This document shows, piece after piece, positions 47,798 to 56,841 of a stretch of 64,000 nt of DNA. The stretch lies in contig JBNLVL010000004.1 in NCBI GenBank assembly GCA_050618075.1, forward strand, positions 461,587-525,586, written 5' to 3'. Under the pieces are notes generated by a model, which worked only from the letters and a program-made list of their open reading frames with translations, was not told the DNA's origin and did no database searches. This stretch comes from Myxococcota bacterium (GTDB lineage Bacteria > Myxococcota_A > UBA9160 > UBA4427). The position numbers and the translations under genes were made by a program. Numbering within the stretch: position 1 is the first letter of the stretch; the number at the start of each line of letters is the position of its first letter.

Positions 47798-49132
47798 TCA
47801 GCTCCCCTCGGATCGGGAGGCCTGCGGGAGCGTCAACGCGAGCACGCCGAGCCCGAGCAGCATGGAGAGCGCCGAGGCGGCGAAGACGCCGATCTTCGCG
47901 GCGTCGAGCAGGTCGGGTCCCAGCGCCAGCTCGCTGATGAAGAGCGCCATGGTGAAGCCGATGCCGGCCAGCACGCCGCCGCCGACGATGGAGCCCCAGC
48001 CCAGCCCGACCGGGAGCTGGGCGATGCCCAGGCGCACGGCCACGAAAACGAACGCGACGATTCCCAGGGGCTTGCCGAGCATGAGGCCCGCTGCCACGGC
48101 GAAGGCGACCGGGTCGGCGAGGGACCGGGGATCCAGCGGCACGCCGGCGTTGGCCAGCGCGAAGACCGGCATGATGACGAACCCCACCCAGGGGTGGAGG
48201 CGGTGCTCGACGTACTCGAGAGGCGAGACCGCCTGGAGGGTCGCCTGCCGGAACTGGGACAGGCGATCGGCCCGACCGACCGGATCGTCCCAGCGCCCGA
48301 GCGCCTGGCCCTCGATGGCGCGGTCGAGGATGTTGCGAAGCAGGGGCTGGCCCACCCGCGGCTGGGGCGGCGTCATCAGGCCGAGGATCACGCCGGCGAT
48401 GGTGGCGTGGATGCCCGACTCGTGGAATCCGAACCAGGTCAGCGCGCCCACCGCCGTGTAGACCGCGAAGCTCCGCACCCCCAGGCGCGCCATCACGGCC
48501 ACGATCGCGATCCCGGCGGCGCCCAGGATCAGGGCTTCGGTGTCGATCGAGCTCGTGTAGCCGATGGCGATCACGAGGATGGCTCCGATGTCGTCCACGA
48601 TGGCCAGCGAGAGCAGCATCACCCGCAGTCCGTGGGGCACCCTCGAGCCGAGCACCGCGAGGCAGCCCACCACGAACGCGATGTCGGTGGCCATGGGGAT
48701 GCCCCAGCCGGCCTGGCCGGGCTGACCCGACTGGAGCACCAGGTAGATGCCCGCCGGGACGATCATGCCGCCGAGGGCGCCGGCCACGGGGAGCGCCGCC
48801 TTGCGCAGGCTGCCCAGCTCCCCGATCGCGATCTCGCGCTTGACCTCGAGTCCGATGACGAAGAAGAAGACGGCCATCAGGCCGTCGTTGATCCAGTGCT
48901 TCAGCGAATGGGACACCTGGAAGTCGCCGAACCCGAAGCCCACCGGCGTCTTCCAGAACGACAGGTAGGCCGCGGACCAGTCCGAGTTCGCCATCATCAG
49001 GGCGATGGCGGTGCAGGCGAGCAGGACGCCTCCGCTGGCCGCCTCGATGTGGAGGAAGTGCGCGATGGGAACCGTGATCCGGTGGATCGGTTCCCTGGGA
49101 AGCGGCAGCTCGATCTGATCGCGGGTGGCCAT
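47798..49132 (-). CDS. nhaA: Na+/H+ antiporter NhaA
   Basis: WINDGLMAVFFFVIGLEVKRE and SLAIVDDIGAILVIA (the DD motif) are NhaA hallmarks. ATG 49132. Confidence 0.95.
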   Translation of the reverse strand: MATRDQIELPLPREPIHRITVPIAHFLHIEAASGGVLLACTAIALMMANSDWSAAYLSFWKTPVGFGFGDFQVSHSLKHWINDGLMAVFFFVIGLEVKREIAIGELGSLRKAALPVAGALGGMIVPAGIYLVLQSGQPGQAGWGIPMATDIAFVVGCLAVLGSRVPHGLRVMLLSLAIVDDIGAILVIAIGYTSSIDTEALILGAAGIAIVAVMARLGVRSFAVYTAVGALTWFGFHESGIHATIAGVILGLMTPPQPRVGQPLLRNILDRAIEGQALGRWDDPVGRADRLSQFRQATLQAVSPLEYVEHRLHPWVGFVIMPVFALANAGVPLDPRSLADPVAFAVAAGLMLGKPLGIVAFVFVAVRLGIAQLPVGLGWGSIVGGGVLAGIGFTMALFISELALGPDLLDAAKIGVFAASALSMLLGLGVLALTLPQASRSEGS

Positions 49133-49188
49133 GGAATGCTCGCGGCCATCGGGTATGGGACCTCCGGGCAGTCGCCCGGCCACTCTTC

Positions 49189-49380
49189 CTAGTCGGCTCC
49201 GGCGGGCCTCTTGACCATAGCAACGATCGCGAGCAGGACTCCCGACCCGAGGAGCGGGTGGCCGACGAAGGAGAAGACGATGGCCGACTGGCCGGTCGGC
49301 TCGACCGCCACCCAGAGCGCGATGGCCTGGGAGAGGAGGATCAGGATCGCCGCGAGGCGCGCGATGACGGCCCGGCCCAT
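49189..49380 (-). CDS. small (63 aa) two-TM membrane protein, translationally coupled to the CymA-like gene
   Basis: ATG 49380 overlaps the upstream stop (ATGA). MGRAVIARLAAILILLSQAIALWVAVEPTGQSAIVFSFVGHPLLGSGVLLAIVAMVKRPAGAD. Confidence 0.45.
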   Translation of the reverse strand: MGRAVIARLAAILILLSQAIALWVAVEPTGQSAIVFSFVGHPLLGSGVLLAIVAMVKRPAGAD

Positions 49381-50024
49381 CAGCCGCCCCCCGTCCCGGC
49401 TGCGGATCCGTTCAGCGCCTCCTGGGGGTGGGCCGGGGGATGACAGGCGCCGGCGCACCCCATCTCCCCGGAGAGCAGGGCCTGCTGGATCCCCTCGTCC
49501 CGGTGGGTCTCCACCGCGCGGAAGGGGAGCGCCCCGGCATGGCAGCTCAGGCAGGCGTCGATGTCGAAGGTGCCGTGGTGGGAGAGCGGCAGCTCGAAGT
49601 CGCCGGTGACCGTGTTGAGCATGTGCTTCACCCCGGCGAGCTTGGCGTCGAAGCCGCCCCAGATCCCGTAGCCGCTGTGGCACTGGTAGCAGGCATCATT
49701 GTGGGAGACGGCGCCGCGCTGGTAGTGGGAGCCCGCGAGCGACTCCCCTTCGTCGCGCATGGCCTCCACCACGGGCGCCATCGTCTCGTGGCACGAGCCG
49801 CAGAACTCGACGGTCTTGGACTCCTCCAGCACGTGGAGATCCCCCAGGATGTAGGTGAAGACGGGCAGCAGCAGCAGCCCGGACGAGGCCACGGCCGCCG
49901 GCAACCTCGACCTCACCAGCACGACGAGCGCGAGCGCCATGCTGGGCAGCGCGCAGGCGAAGATCAGGATCCAGAGCCGGTGGGGCTCCGTGGGGTGGAC
50001 GAAGAGAGGGCCGAGCTCTTCCAC
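49380..50024 (-). CDS. membrane-anchored multihaem cytochrome c, NapC/NirT/CymA-like (3 CXXCH plus 1 CX3CH)
   Basis: 214 aa, GTG start. Two N-terminal hydrophobic segments. Haem motifs CGSCH, CYQCH, CLSCH and CAGACH. Immediately downstream of the porin gene. Confidence 0.75.
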   Translation of the reverse strand: MEELGPLFVHPTEPHRLWILIFACALPSMALALVVLVRSRLPAAVASSGLLLLPVFTYILGDLHVLEESKTVEFCGSCHETMAPVVEAMRDEGESLAGSHYQRGAVSHNDACYQCHSGYGIWGGFDAKLAGVKHMLNTVTGDFELPLSHHGTFDIDACLSCHAGALPFRAVETHRDEGIQQALLSGEMGCAGACHPPAHPQEALNGSAAGTGGG

Positions 50025-50034
50025 ACCCCGGAAG

Positions 50035-52290
50035 CTAGAACGTTATGACGGCCGTCGCAGTGAGGACGTGCGCCTGGTAGTCGTCGAGGGTGTCGGCCAG
50101 GAAGATGTCGGTCCCCCCGCGGTACGGCCCCAGATCATCGGTCCGGAAGTCGCGGATGAGGAAGTCCTCGTAGCGGTAGGCGGTGCGGATCTGAACGTGC
50201 TCGCTGATCGTGGTGGTCGCCTCGGCGCTCACCACCTGCAGGATGTCCTTCACCGTCGGGTAGTCGTAGCCGATCGCCCCCGAGAGCTCGGGCGCCACGA
50301 GGGCCCGGTTGTCGGGGAGGCCCTCCGTGTCGGTCTTCTCCCAGGCGTGGTTGATCTCGTAGCCGAAGCGCAGGTCGAGCCGCTCCGGGATGGCCGCGAC
50401 GTCGAAGTGGATGCCGGCCGTGTGGGTCCGGGTGCGGGTCGTGCTCCGCCAGTTGTTGACCGCGTCGTCGGTCACGATCACGGGCGGCGGGCCGAACGTC
50501 CGCGAGCGGGATCGCGACCTCATCTTCCAGCTCGTCTTCTCGTAGCTGTAGTAGAGCCCCACGCCCATGCGGTCGCAGGCCTGCCAGTAGGCGTCCCAGC
50601 CGGCGAACCACGAGCTCTCGGTGTCGACCCCGTAGTTGCCGTCGTCGTCGTAATCGTAGTAGCGGAGGCCGCCGGAGAAGGTGATCTCGACGGTCTCGTC
50701 GGGCCGGACGAAGACCAGCGCGTCGGCCAGGTGACCGTCGCGCTCGGCCTGGTCGAACTTGCGCAGGTCGCTGGTCTCACCGGCCGGATTCTGGTCGCCC
50801 GGTGTGTCCAGGAGGCGATCGACGTAGGAGTAGGTGTCGTAGTCGTCCCCGTCCCGGCGCTGGAAGGAGTAGGAGCCCTGGAACTTGACCTGCTCGTCGA
50901 TCTTCCAGTCGAGCTTGGCCGTGGGACCGTGCTCCCAGAGGTCGCGCACCTGGCGGTCGGCGCTGCGCCGCCAGTACTCGAAGCCGTAGCCCAGATGGCC
51001 CGTCACGTCGTCGGTGATGCGGTAGGAGGCCTTGGCGTCCGCGTTGTGGGTGGTGAAGTCGTTGAAGACGGTGGTGTGGGCGGTCGCGTCGATGGAGCCG
51101 TCGTTCACGACCTCCTCGTCGAACCGGATGTCGTCGGTGTCGTTGTCGTAGTCGTAGTACCGGTAGCGGGCGGTGAGGTTGAGCCGAGGCGTCGGCCGGG
51201 CGGTGGCCACCACGTTCGCGAGCAGCGTGTGGACCTCTCCGTCGAGACTGCCCTCGGGAAGCGTCGGGCTCACCAGGGCGGTGTTGATGGTGTGGGGCAG
51301 GAAGTCCTCGTCCTGCATGCGGATGCCGTAGGCGAAGCTGCCGGTCACGCGGGCCGGGAAATCCGTGGGCAGGACGGTCGACAGCGACAGGTTCACCATG
51401 TGGGCGGAGTTGTCCGGGTCGAGGGCGCTCCGGCCCCGGCTGGGCGAGCCGTCGGCGTCGGCGGCGATGAGGGGATTGTCGGCCGTGACGCCCCGGATGG
51501 CGTTCTCGTAGAAGGAGCCCCGGTAGTCGAGACCGATGCTGGCGGGCCCCACGACGTACTCGCCGCCTGCGGAGAGCTCGTGGGTCTGGTCGTCCACCGG
51601 AGCGGCGAAGTCGACGAAGTTGCCCCCGGGTGTTCCCCAGTCCATGGCGAAGGCGCGGCTGCCCTTGCGGTCCTGGAGCTCGTAGCGGCTGAACAGGGTG
51701 AGCCCCTCGATGGGCCTCACCTCGATGCCGCCCCCGCCCTCGATCTGCCGGAAGCGGAGGTCGACGTGACCGGCGCTCTGCAGCTCCTGGGCGAGCTGGG
51801 CGGACGGGTCGGCCGCGCCCGCGATGCGGGACTGCACGTTCGCCGGCAGCATGAACTCGTTGCCGCCCTTTCGGGTGTAGAGGCTCATCGCATCGTTGCT
51901 GAAGACCTGGGGCAGCTCCTTGTAGAAGAGGTCGATCTTGAACCGGCCGTAGCGCCCGAACTCCGTCTCGTAGCGCTGATCTTCGTATCCGGGGTTCTCA
52001 CCGCGTCCGCGCAGGAAGTAACGGCCCTCTTCGTCCTCGACCAGGAACTCGAAGCCGCCGAAGACGCCTTCCCCGAGGTCCCGGTACTTCTCGAACTGGG
52101 TCTCCGAGTCGTCGCCCCAGGTCGAACGACCTCCGATCTCGACCTCGCCCGAGACCACGACGGGCAGCCCGGGCACCTCCTGCTCGGCCGCCGCCGGTCC
52201 CGCGAGCGTCCAGACCGCTGCGCCCACGGCGAGAGAGAGGCCGATCCATCGCTTCACGATCGTCGACATCGCGTCTCTTCCCCCCTTCAT
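50035..52290 (-). CDS. MtrB/PioB/MtoB family outer-membrane beta-barrel (porin of a porin-cytochrome complex)
   Basis: ~750 aa with a signal peptide ending LAGPAAA-EQE. Alternating Tyr/Asp/Gly-rich strands (RYRYYDYDND, LRYYDYDDDGNYG) and a C-terminal ...ATAVITF. ATG 52290 forms ATGA with the decahaem gene stop. ATG 52269 is the alternative. Confidence 0.8.
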   Translation of the reverse strand: MKGGRDAMSTIVKRWIGLSLAVGAAVWTLAGPAAAEQEVPGLPVVVSGEVEIGGRSTWGDDSETQFEKYRDLGEGVFGGFEFLVEDEEGRYFLRGRGENPGYEDQRYETEFGRYGRFKIDLFYKELPQVFSNDAMSLYTRKGGNEFMLPANVQSRIAGAADPSAQLAQELQSAGHVDLRFRQIEGGGGIEVRPIEGLTLFSRYELQDRKGSRAFAMDWGTPGGNFVDFAAPVDDQTHELSAGGEYVVGPASIGLDYRGSFYENAIRGVTADNPLIAADADGSPSRGRSALDPDNSAHMVNLSLSTVLPTDFPARVTGSFAYGIRMQDEDFLPHTINTALVSPTLPEGSLDGEVHTLLANVVATARPTPRLNLTARYRYYDYDNDTDDIRFDEEVVNDGSIDATAHTTVFNDFTTHNADAKASYRITDDVTGHLGYGFEYWRRSADRQVRDLWEHGPTAKLDWKIDEQVKFQGSYSFQRRDGDDYDTYSYVDRLLDTPGDQNPAGETSDLRKFDQAERDGHLADALVFVRPDETVEITFSGGLRYYDYDDDGNYGVDTESSWFAGWDAYWQACDRMGVGLYYSYEKTSWKMRSRSRSRTFGPPPVIVTDDAVNNWRSTTRTRTHTAGIHFDVAAIPERLDLRFGYEINHAWEKTDTEGLPDNRALVAPELSGAIGYDYPTVKDILQVVSAEATTTISEHVQIRTAYRYEDFLIRDFRTDDLGPYRGGTDIFLADTLDDYQAHVLTATAVITF

Positions 52291-53237
52291 CGCGTGAACA
52301 GGTTGCCCGACGGATGGTTGCTGCCGTGGATCTTCTGGTGGCAGTTCAGGCACTGCTTGCCCACGGCGAACCGGTTGTCGCGGTCATAGGTGTTCGAGGG
52401 GTGCAGAGTATGGATGTGGCACGACTGACAGAGCCGGAGGCTCGGGGCCTTCAGCATGTTCGCGCGGGTGCTGCCGTGGGGGACGTGGCAGTTGAGGCAG
52501 CTCTCGTTGACCGGAGCGTGCTCCCAGAGGAAGGGCCCGCGCTTCTCGGCGTGGCACTCGTAGCAGTTCTCGTTGACGGTGACGGCGGAGACCAGCGAAG
52601 CCGTGACGGTTCCGTGAGGATTGTGACAGCTCCCGCAGTTCATGTAGCCCTCGCCGCCGGCCCCGGCCCGGCCCGGGCGCGTGGGCATGTGCGACCGGCG
52701 GTTCATCTGCGAGCGCGGCATCGGGTGGCAGCTCGAGCACAGCGCCATCTGGCTCGAGTGGGTGAGCATGGCGTCGTCGGACCTGGGCTGCTTCACATCG
52801 TGACAGGTCGTGCACGCGTGCCCGCGCGCCTGGTGGGGGCTGGCCTCCCAGTAGCGCTGGGTCCCGCCCTCGTGGCACTGGAGACAGGTCTCGTTCTCCC
52901 GCGCGACGTGGGCCGGGTCGTCGCTGCCGAAGACGACCCAGTCGGGTCCTCCGCTGCCCTGGCCGCCCCCGGCGTCCACGTGGGCCTGGCCCGGCCCGTG
53001 GCAGGCCTCGCAGCCCTTCTTCGCCAGGGCGTTCGGCGCGTTCTTCTCGTTCAGGACCTTGGCGTGGATGGTGTGCGAATAGCTCTCCAGGACGTCCTCG
53101 TGGCATGCGGTGCACACCGCGTCGCCCGCATAGCCGCCGCTCTCCTGGGCGGACGCGGGCGGCGAGGCCGCGAGGGCGACGCAGGCGATCAGCAGGGAGA
53201 GGCGAAATGCACGACCGAGCGGGCGGATCTCGGACAT
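52287..53237 (-). CDS. periplasmic decahaem c-type cytochrome, MtrA/MtoA/PioA/DmsE family
   Basis: 316 aa from ATG 53237 (GAGGAG SD) with a signal peptide. Exactly ten CXXCH motifs. The C-terminal string CYECHAEKRGPFLWEHAPVNESCLNCHVPHGS...LCQSCH...CLNCHQKIHGSNHPSGNLFTR is colinear with MtrA. Confidence 0.9.
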   Translation of the reverse strand: MSEIRPLGRAFRLSLLIACVALAASPPASAQESGGYAGDAVCTACHEDVLESYSHTIHAKVLNEKNAPNALAKKGCEACHGPGQAHVDAGGGQGSGGPDWVVFGSDDPAHVARENETCLQCHEGGTQRYWEASPHQARGHACTTCHDVKQPRSDDAMLTHSSQMALCSSCHPMPRSQMNRRSHMPTRPGRAGAGGEGYMNCGSCHNPHGTVTASLVSAVTVNENCYECHAEKRGPFLWEHAPVNESCLNCHVPHGSTRANMLKAPSLRLCQSCHIHTLHPSNTYDRDNRFAVGKQCLNCHQKIHGSNHPSGNLFTR

Positions 53238-53466
53238 GGAGGGGATGGCTCCTCGTGGTGCGGAATTCACCCCGGATTCTGGCGACCGTTTCCCTTGGAA
53301 GTCAACCACCTGGGCGCGAAATCTGCGAGTCGTTCCGGTGCCGGGACGAACTCCGCGCGAGGTCGTATCGGAAACCACTCATTGCGCGCCCGCCCCTCGA
53401 CTTCACCGGGGCAGAAGGCATCATTGTGGCCGCGCCGAGGACGGCGGGATCGAAGGAGGAGAAGTG

Positions 53467-53763
53467 ATGCGAATGAGATGTCTTTCCGTTCTGGCGCTGC
53501 TCGTCGCGTGCACCTGGGCGCCGGCCGCGCTGGCCGACGGCGCCGCGCTGTACGCGGCGAACTGCTCGAGCTGCCACGGCGACGACGGCAAGGCCGGGAC
53601 CCCGGTCGGTAAGGCCATGAAGGTCCCGTCCCTGGCCGGCAGCGCGCCCTCGCTCGACAAGGTGAAGGCGACGGTGCGCGAGAACGCGAAGCACAAGGCC
53701 GTCTCGGGCAAGGTGGGTGACGCGGAGCTCGAGACCATCGCGGAGTACATGAAGTCGCTCTGA
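53467..53763 (+). CDS. monohaem class-I cytochrome c (MtoD-like position)
   Basis: 98 aa. AAGGAGGAG SD 5 nt upstream. Signal peptide MRMRCLSVLALLVACTWAPAALA, single CSSCH. Divergent from the decahaem gene. Confidence 0.8.
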   Translation: MRMRCLSVLALLVACTWAPAALADGAALYAANCSSCHGDDGKAGTPVGKAMKVPSLAGSAPSLDKVKATVRENAKHKAVSGKVGDAELETIAEYMKSL

Positions 53764-53786
53764 CCCGCGCACCCGAACGGACGCCG

Positions 53787-55253
53787 GTGCTCGTGGGTGC
53801 CGCGGCCGTCTGGCAACGCGAGAGCGAGCCCGACGCAGCCGCCGAGCCCCTCGAGCTCATGCGCCGTGCCCTGGCCGGTGCGGCCGACGATGCGGGCGCG
53901 CCGGCGCTGCTGGAACGGGCGGATTCCGTGCGGGTTCCGCGCGGGTTCTGGGACTACCCCGACCCGGGTCGCTGGCTGGCCGAGAAGCTCGGCGCCCCCG
54001 CTGCGCACACCGTGATGGCCGATCTCGGCGTTTTGCAGACGACCCTGCTGGGCGGCGCCGCCCGCGACATCGCCGAGGGCCGCTGTGACGTCGCGCTCGT
54101 CGCCGGCGGCGAGGCGCGACACCGGGACGGCCTCTTCCGCGCCGCCGGGCGAACGGCGCCGCTGACCGCGCTCCCGGCCCGGGAGGCCGACCGCGTCCTG
54201 CGTCCCGCGGAGCCCATCCTGAGCCATCTGGAGATCCGCTCCGGGCTCGGCCGGCCGGTGAACCAGTACGCGCTGATCGAGAACGCGCTCCGCGCCGCCG
54301 CGGGCTCGTCCCTCGAGGACCACCGGCGCGAGATCGCCGAGCTCTGGTCCGGCATGAGCCGGGTCGCGGCGGGCAATCCGGACGCCTGGTTTCGCGAGGT
54401 CGTCCCCGCCGACGAGCTCGCCGCCTTCGGCCCCGGGAACCCCCTGCTCGCGTTCCCCTACGGCAAGCGCCACGCCTCCCAGTGGAACGTCGACCAGGCC
54501 GCGGGGCTCGTGCTGTGCTCCGTCGCGACGGCGCGGGCGCTGGGCATCGCCGCCGACCGCTGGGTCTTCCCGCTCGCCGTGGCCGAGAGCAACACCATGC
54601 GGCCGCTCACCGAACGCGCGGACCTCGACCGCTCACCGGGCTTCCGCCTGGCCGGCGAGAAGCTGGTCGCACGCACGGGGGTCGACCTCGCCTCGGTGCC
54701 GCACCGCGAGCTCTACAGCTGCTTCCCGTCGGCGGTCCGGGTCCAGCAGCGCGAGCTGGCGCTGCGGCCCGACGAACCGGTGACGCTGACCGGAGGCATG
54801 GGCTTCGCCGGCGGCCCGCTCAACAACTTCGTGCTCCAGGCCGCGGTCGCGCTGGTCCGGACCCTGCGCGCCCACCCGGGCGAGCCGGGGCTGCTGACCG
54901 CGGTCAGCGGCATGCTCACCAAGCAGGGGGCGGGCCTGTGGTCGACCGAGCCGGGGCCGGGCTTCCACTTCGACGAGGTCGGCGAGGCCGCCGCAGCCGC
55001 AGACCCGGGCCGGGAGGTCGCACTCGAGGGCGCAGGCGACGCGACCATCGCGAGCTACACGGTGCTGGGCGGACGCGGCGGCGCCGAGAGCGCCATCCTC
55101 GTCTGCGACCGCGAGGACGGACGGCGGCAGCTCGCGACGCCCGGCGACCCCGCGCTGCTCGACGCCATGCTCTGCGAGGAGTTCTTGGGCCGGGCCGTGC
55201 GGTTCGACGCGAGCGGCGGCTGCACCGTCGAGGGCGTCCGGCTCACCGCGTAG
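53787..55253 (+). CDS. thiolase-like (SCP-x/acetyl-CoA acetyltransferase family) protein
   Basis: 488 aa. Thiolase-fold blocks (ALVAGGE, NQYALIENA, ELYSCFPSA, GGMGFAGGPLNNF). Start is GTG 53787. A conserved-looking ERTP precedes it, but no canonical in-frame start does. Confidence 0.7.
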   Translation: MLVGAAAVWQRESEPDAAAEPLELMRRALAGAADDAGAPALLERADSVRVPRGFWDYPDPGRWLAEKLGAPAAHTVMADLGVLQTTLLGGAARDIAEGRCDVALVAGGEARHRDGLFRAAGRTAPLTALPAREADRVLRPAEPILSHLEIRSGLGRPVNQYALIENALRAAAGSSLEDHRREIAELWSGMSRVAAGNPDAWFREVVPADELAAFGPGNPLLAFPYGKRHASQWNVDQAAGLVLCSVATARALGIAADRWVFPLAVAESNTMRPLTERADLDRSPGFRLAGEKLVARTGVDLASVPHRELYSCFPSAVRVQQRELALRPDEPVTLTGGMGFAGGPLNNFVLQAAVALVRTLRAHPGEPGLLTAVSGMLTKQGAGLWSTEPGPGFHFDEVGEAAAAADPGREVALEGAGDATIASYTVLGGRGGAESAILVCDREDGRRQLATPGDPALLDAMLCEEFLGRAVRFDASGGCTVEGVRLTA

Positions 55254-56007
55254 ACCGGCGCCCCGTCCGGAGATAGTGGGAGGCCAGCGCCTGTCTCATG
55301 GGGTTGGCGCTCTCCTGGGCGGCCTTGGCGAGGGCGTGACGATCGAGCTCCACACGGTGGAGCGCGACCGACACGTTCGCCCCCTGGGCGGACACGGTCG
55401 CGTACTCCGACCGCGGCTCGATGGCCGGCGGGCCGTGGTCCACGAACTCCCGGAAGGGCGCGCCGACGCTGCCCGGGTTCACGACCAGGGTCCCGCGGTG
55501 CTGGCGGACCATCTGCACGTGGGTGTGTCCGCCGGACATCACGGTGGCGCGCTCGGGCCCGAGCTGGGCGTCGAAGACGTCGGGTGCGGTCTCGGCCAGC
55601 AGGTCCACGCAGTTCGACGACGGCGACCCGTGGTAGAGCATCAGCTGGTGGCCCCGGCCGAGGGGCAGGACGAAGCCCGCCTCGAAGCCGCGCAGGAAGT
55701 CGATGTGCTCGCGCGGCAGGACGTCGCGGCACCAGTCGATCGCCTCGCGGATCGAGGACGCGTCGTTGTGGCCGTCGCTCAGCTTCGGATCGAAGACGTA
55801 CTCGTCGTGGTTGCCCAGGATGCAGCGGCAGCCGATCCGCTGCAGCAGATCGATGGTCTCGGCGGGCGCGACGCCCAGGGTGGCCGCGTCGCCCAGGAAC
55901 ACGATCTCGTCGACCCCCAGCGCCTCGATGTGCGAGAGCGTCTCCCGCAGCGCGATGGCGTTGCCGTGGAGGTCGGAGATGAGCGCGATGCGATGGGTTT
56001 CGGACAT
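55243..56007 (-). CDS. metallophosphoesterase (calcineurin-like)
   Basis: ATG 56007. IALISDLHGN, VFLGDAA, LGNHDE, GGHTH motifs. Confidence 0.85.
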   Translation of the reverse strand: MSETHRIALISDLHGNAIALRETLSHIEALGVDEIVFLGDAATLGVAPAETIDLLQRIGCRCILGNHDEYVFDPKLSDGHNDASSIREAIDWCRDVLPREHIDFLRGFEAGFVLPLGRGHQLMLYHGSPSSNCVDLLAETAPDVFDAQLGPERATVMSGGHTHVQMVRQHRGTLVVNPGSVGAPFREFVDHGPPAIEPRSEYATVSAQGANVSVALHRVELDRHALAKAAQESANPMRQALASHYLRTGRRSTR

Positions 56008-56162
56008 GGATACCGTCGCGGACCGGACCGGGCGGCCCATCTGGAGTCAGCCCGATGTCGAGGGAAGGACCCGTCGCTGGGCACCTGGGCGCCGATGAAT
56101 CCGGCGGGCCCGCCCGGGAGACGCACGATTCCAGCGACCGACGCTCTCGGCCGGATGCCTCC

Positions 56163-56771
56163 TCACGGCTCGTTCCGGCCGATCGCGCCGACGCCCGCCC
56201 CGGCGATCGCGCTCGCCGGGGCAGGCAGGTCGAACTTCGCCTTCAGGGTGAAGGTGTCCTTGCTGTCGCCGCGCATGTCCCACAAGAACCCGTCCTCCTT
56301 GCTCCGGAACTCCACCTGCAGCTTCACCTTGAGCTTCGTCCCGCTCTTGTCGATCGAGCCCTGGATCTTCAACGCCTTGATCTTCACCGGCTTGCCGTCG
56401 GGAATGGAGAGGATGCAGGACGAGACCCCGTCGTCGATCTCCTGGTTGAGGACGCTCTGGGACGGCCCGTCCAGCTCGACCTTCAGCGTGCGGTCCTTCT
56501 TGCCCTTCTGCTTCCAGGTGCCGCCCACGAAGTCGGCACCGACGTAGCCCGTCCAGGAGCCGTTCTCGAAGAACTGCATGCCGACCGCGCGCGCGGTCGG
56601 GCCGCACTTCTGTGTCGAGCTGCCGTCCTTGAACTTCATCTTCCAGGAGCCGGTGGCGTCGACCGAGACGCCGGCCAGGTCGACCTTGGCGGCCCGGGTG
56701 GCGCCGGCCCAGAGAAGCATCGGGACGAGAACCATCGGAAGCAGGAGACGTACGAGTCCGGTCGGCTTCAC
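56163..56771 (-). CDS. secreted Lys-rich hypothetical protein, paralogous to the central region of the upstream lectin-domain protein
   Basis: GTG 56771 lies 6 nt after AAGGAG. Signal peptide ...LLWAGATRA-AKV. GSWKMKFKDGS and GTWKQKGKKDRTLKVELD mirror GSWTQKMKTFWDG and GTFKRKGADGETIKLKID in the 56842..58488 product. Confidence 0.55.
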   Translation of the reverse strand: MKPTGLVRLLLPMVLVPMLLWAGATRAAKVDLAGVSVDATGSWKMKFKDGSSTQKCGPTARAVGMQFFENGSWTGYVGADFVGGTWKQKGKKDRTLKVELDGPSQSVLNQEIDDGVSSCILSIPDGKPVKIKALKIQGSIDKSGTKLKVKLQVEFRSKEDGFLWDMRGDSKDTFTLKAKFDLPAPASAIAGAGVGAIGRNEP

Positions 56772-56841
56772 GGCTTGCTCCTTGTTCGAGCGTGAGCGGC
56801 CTTGCCGGCCCGGCACCCCCGCTCTGCAGAAGAAACGGCGA

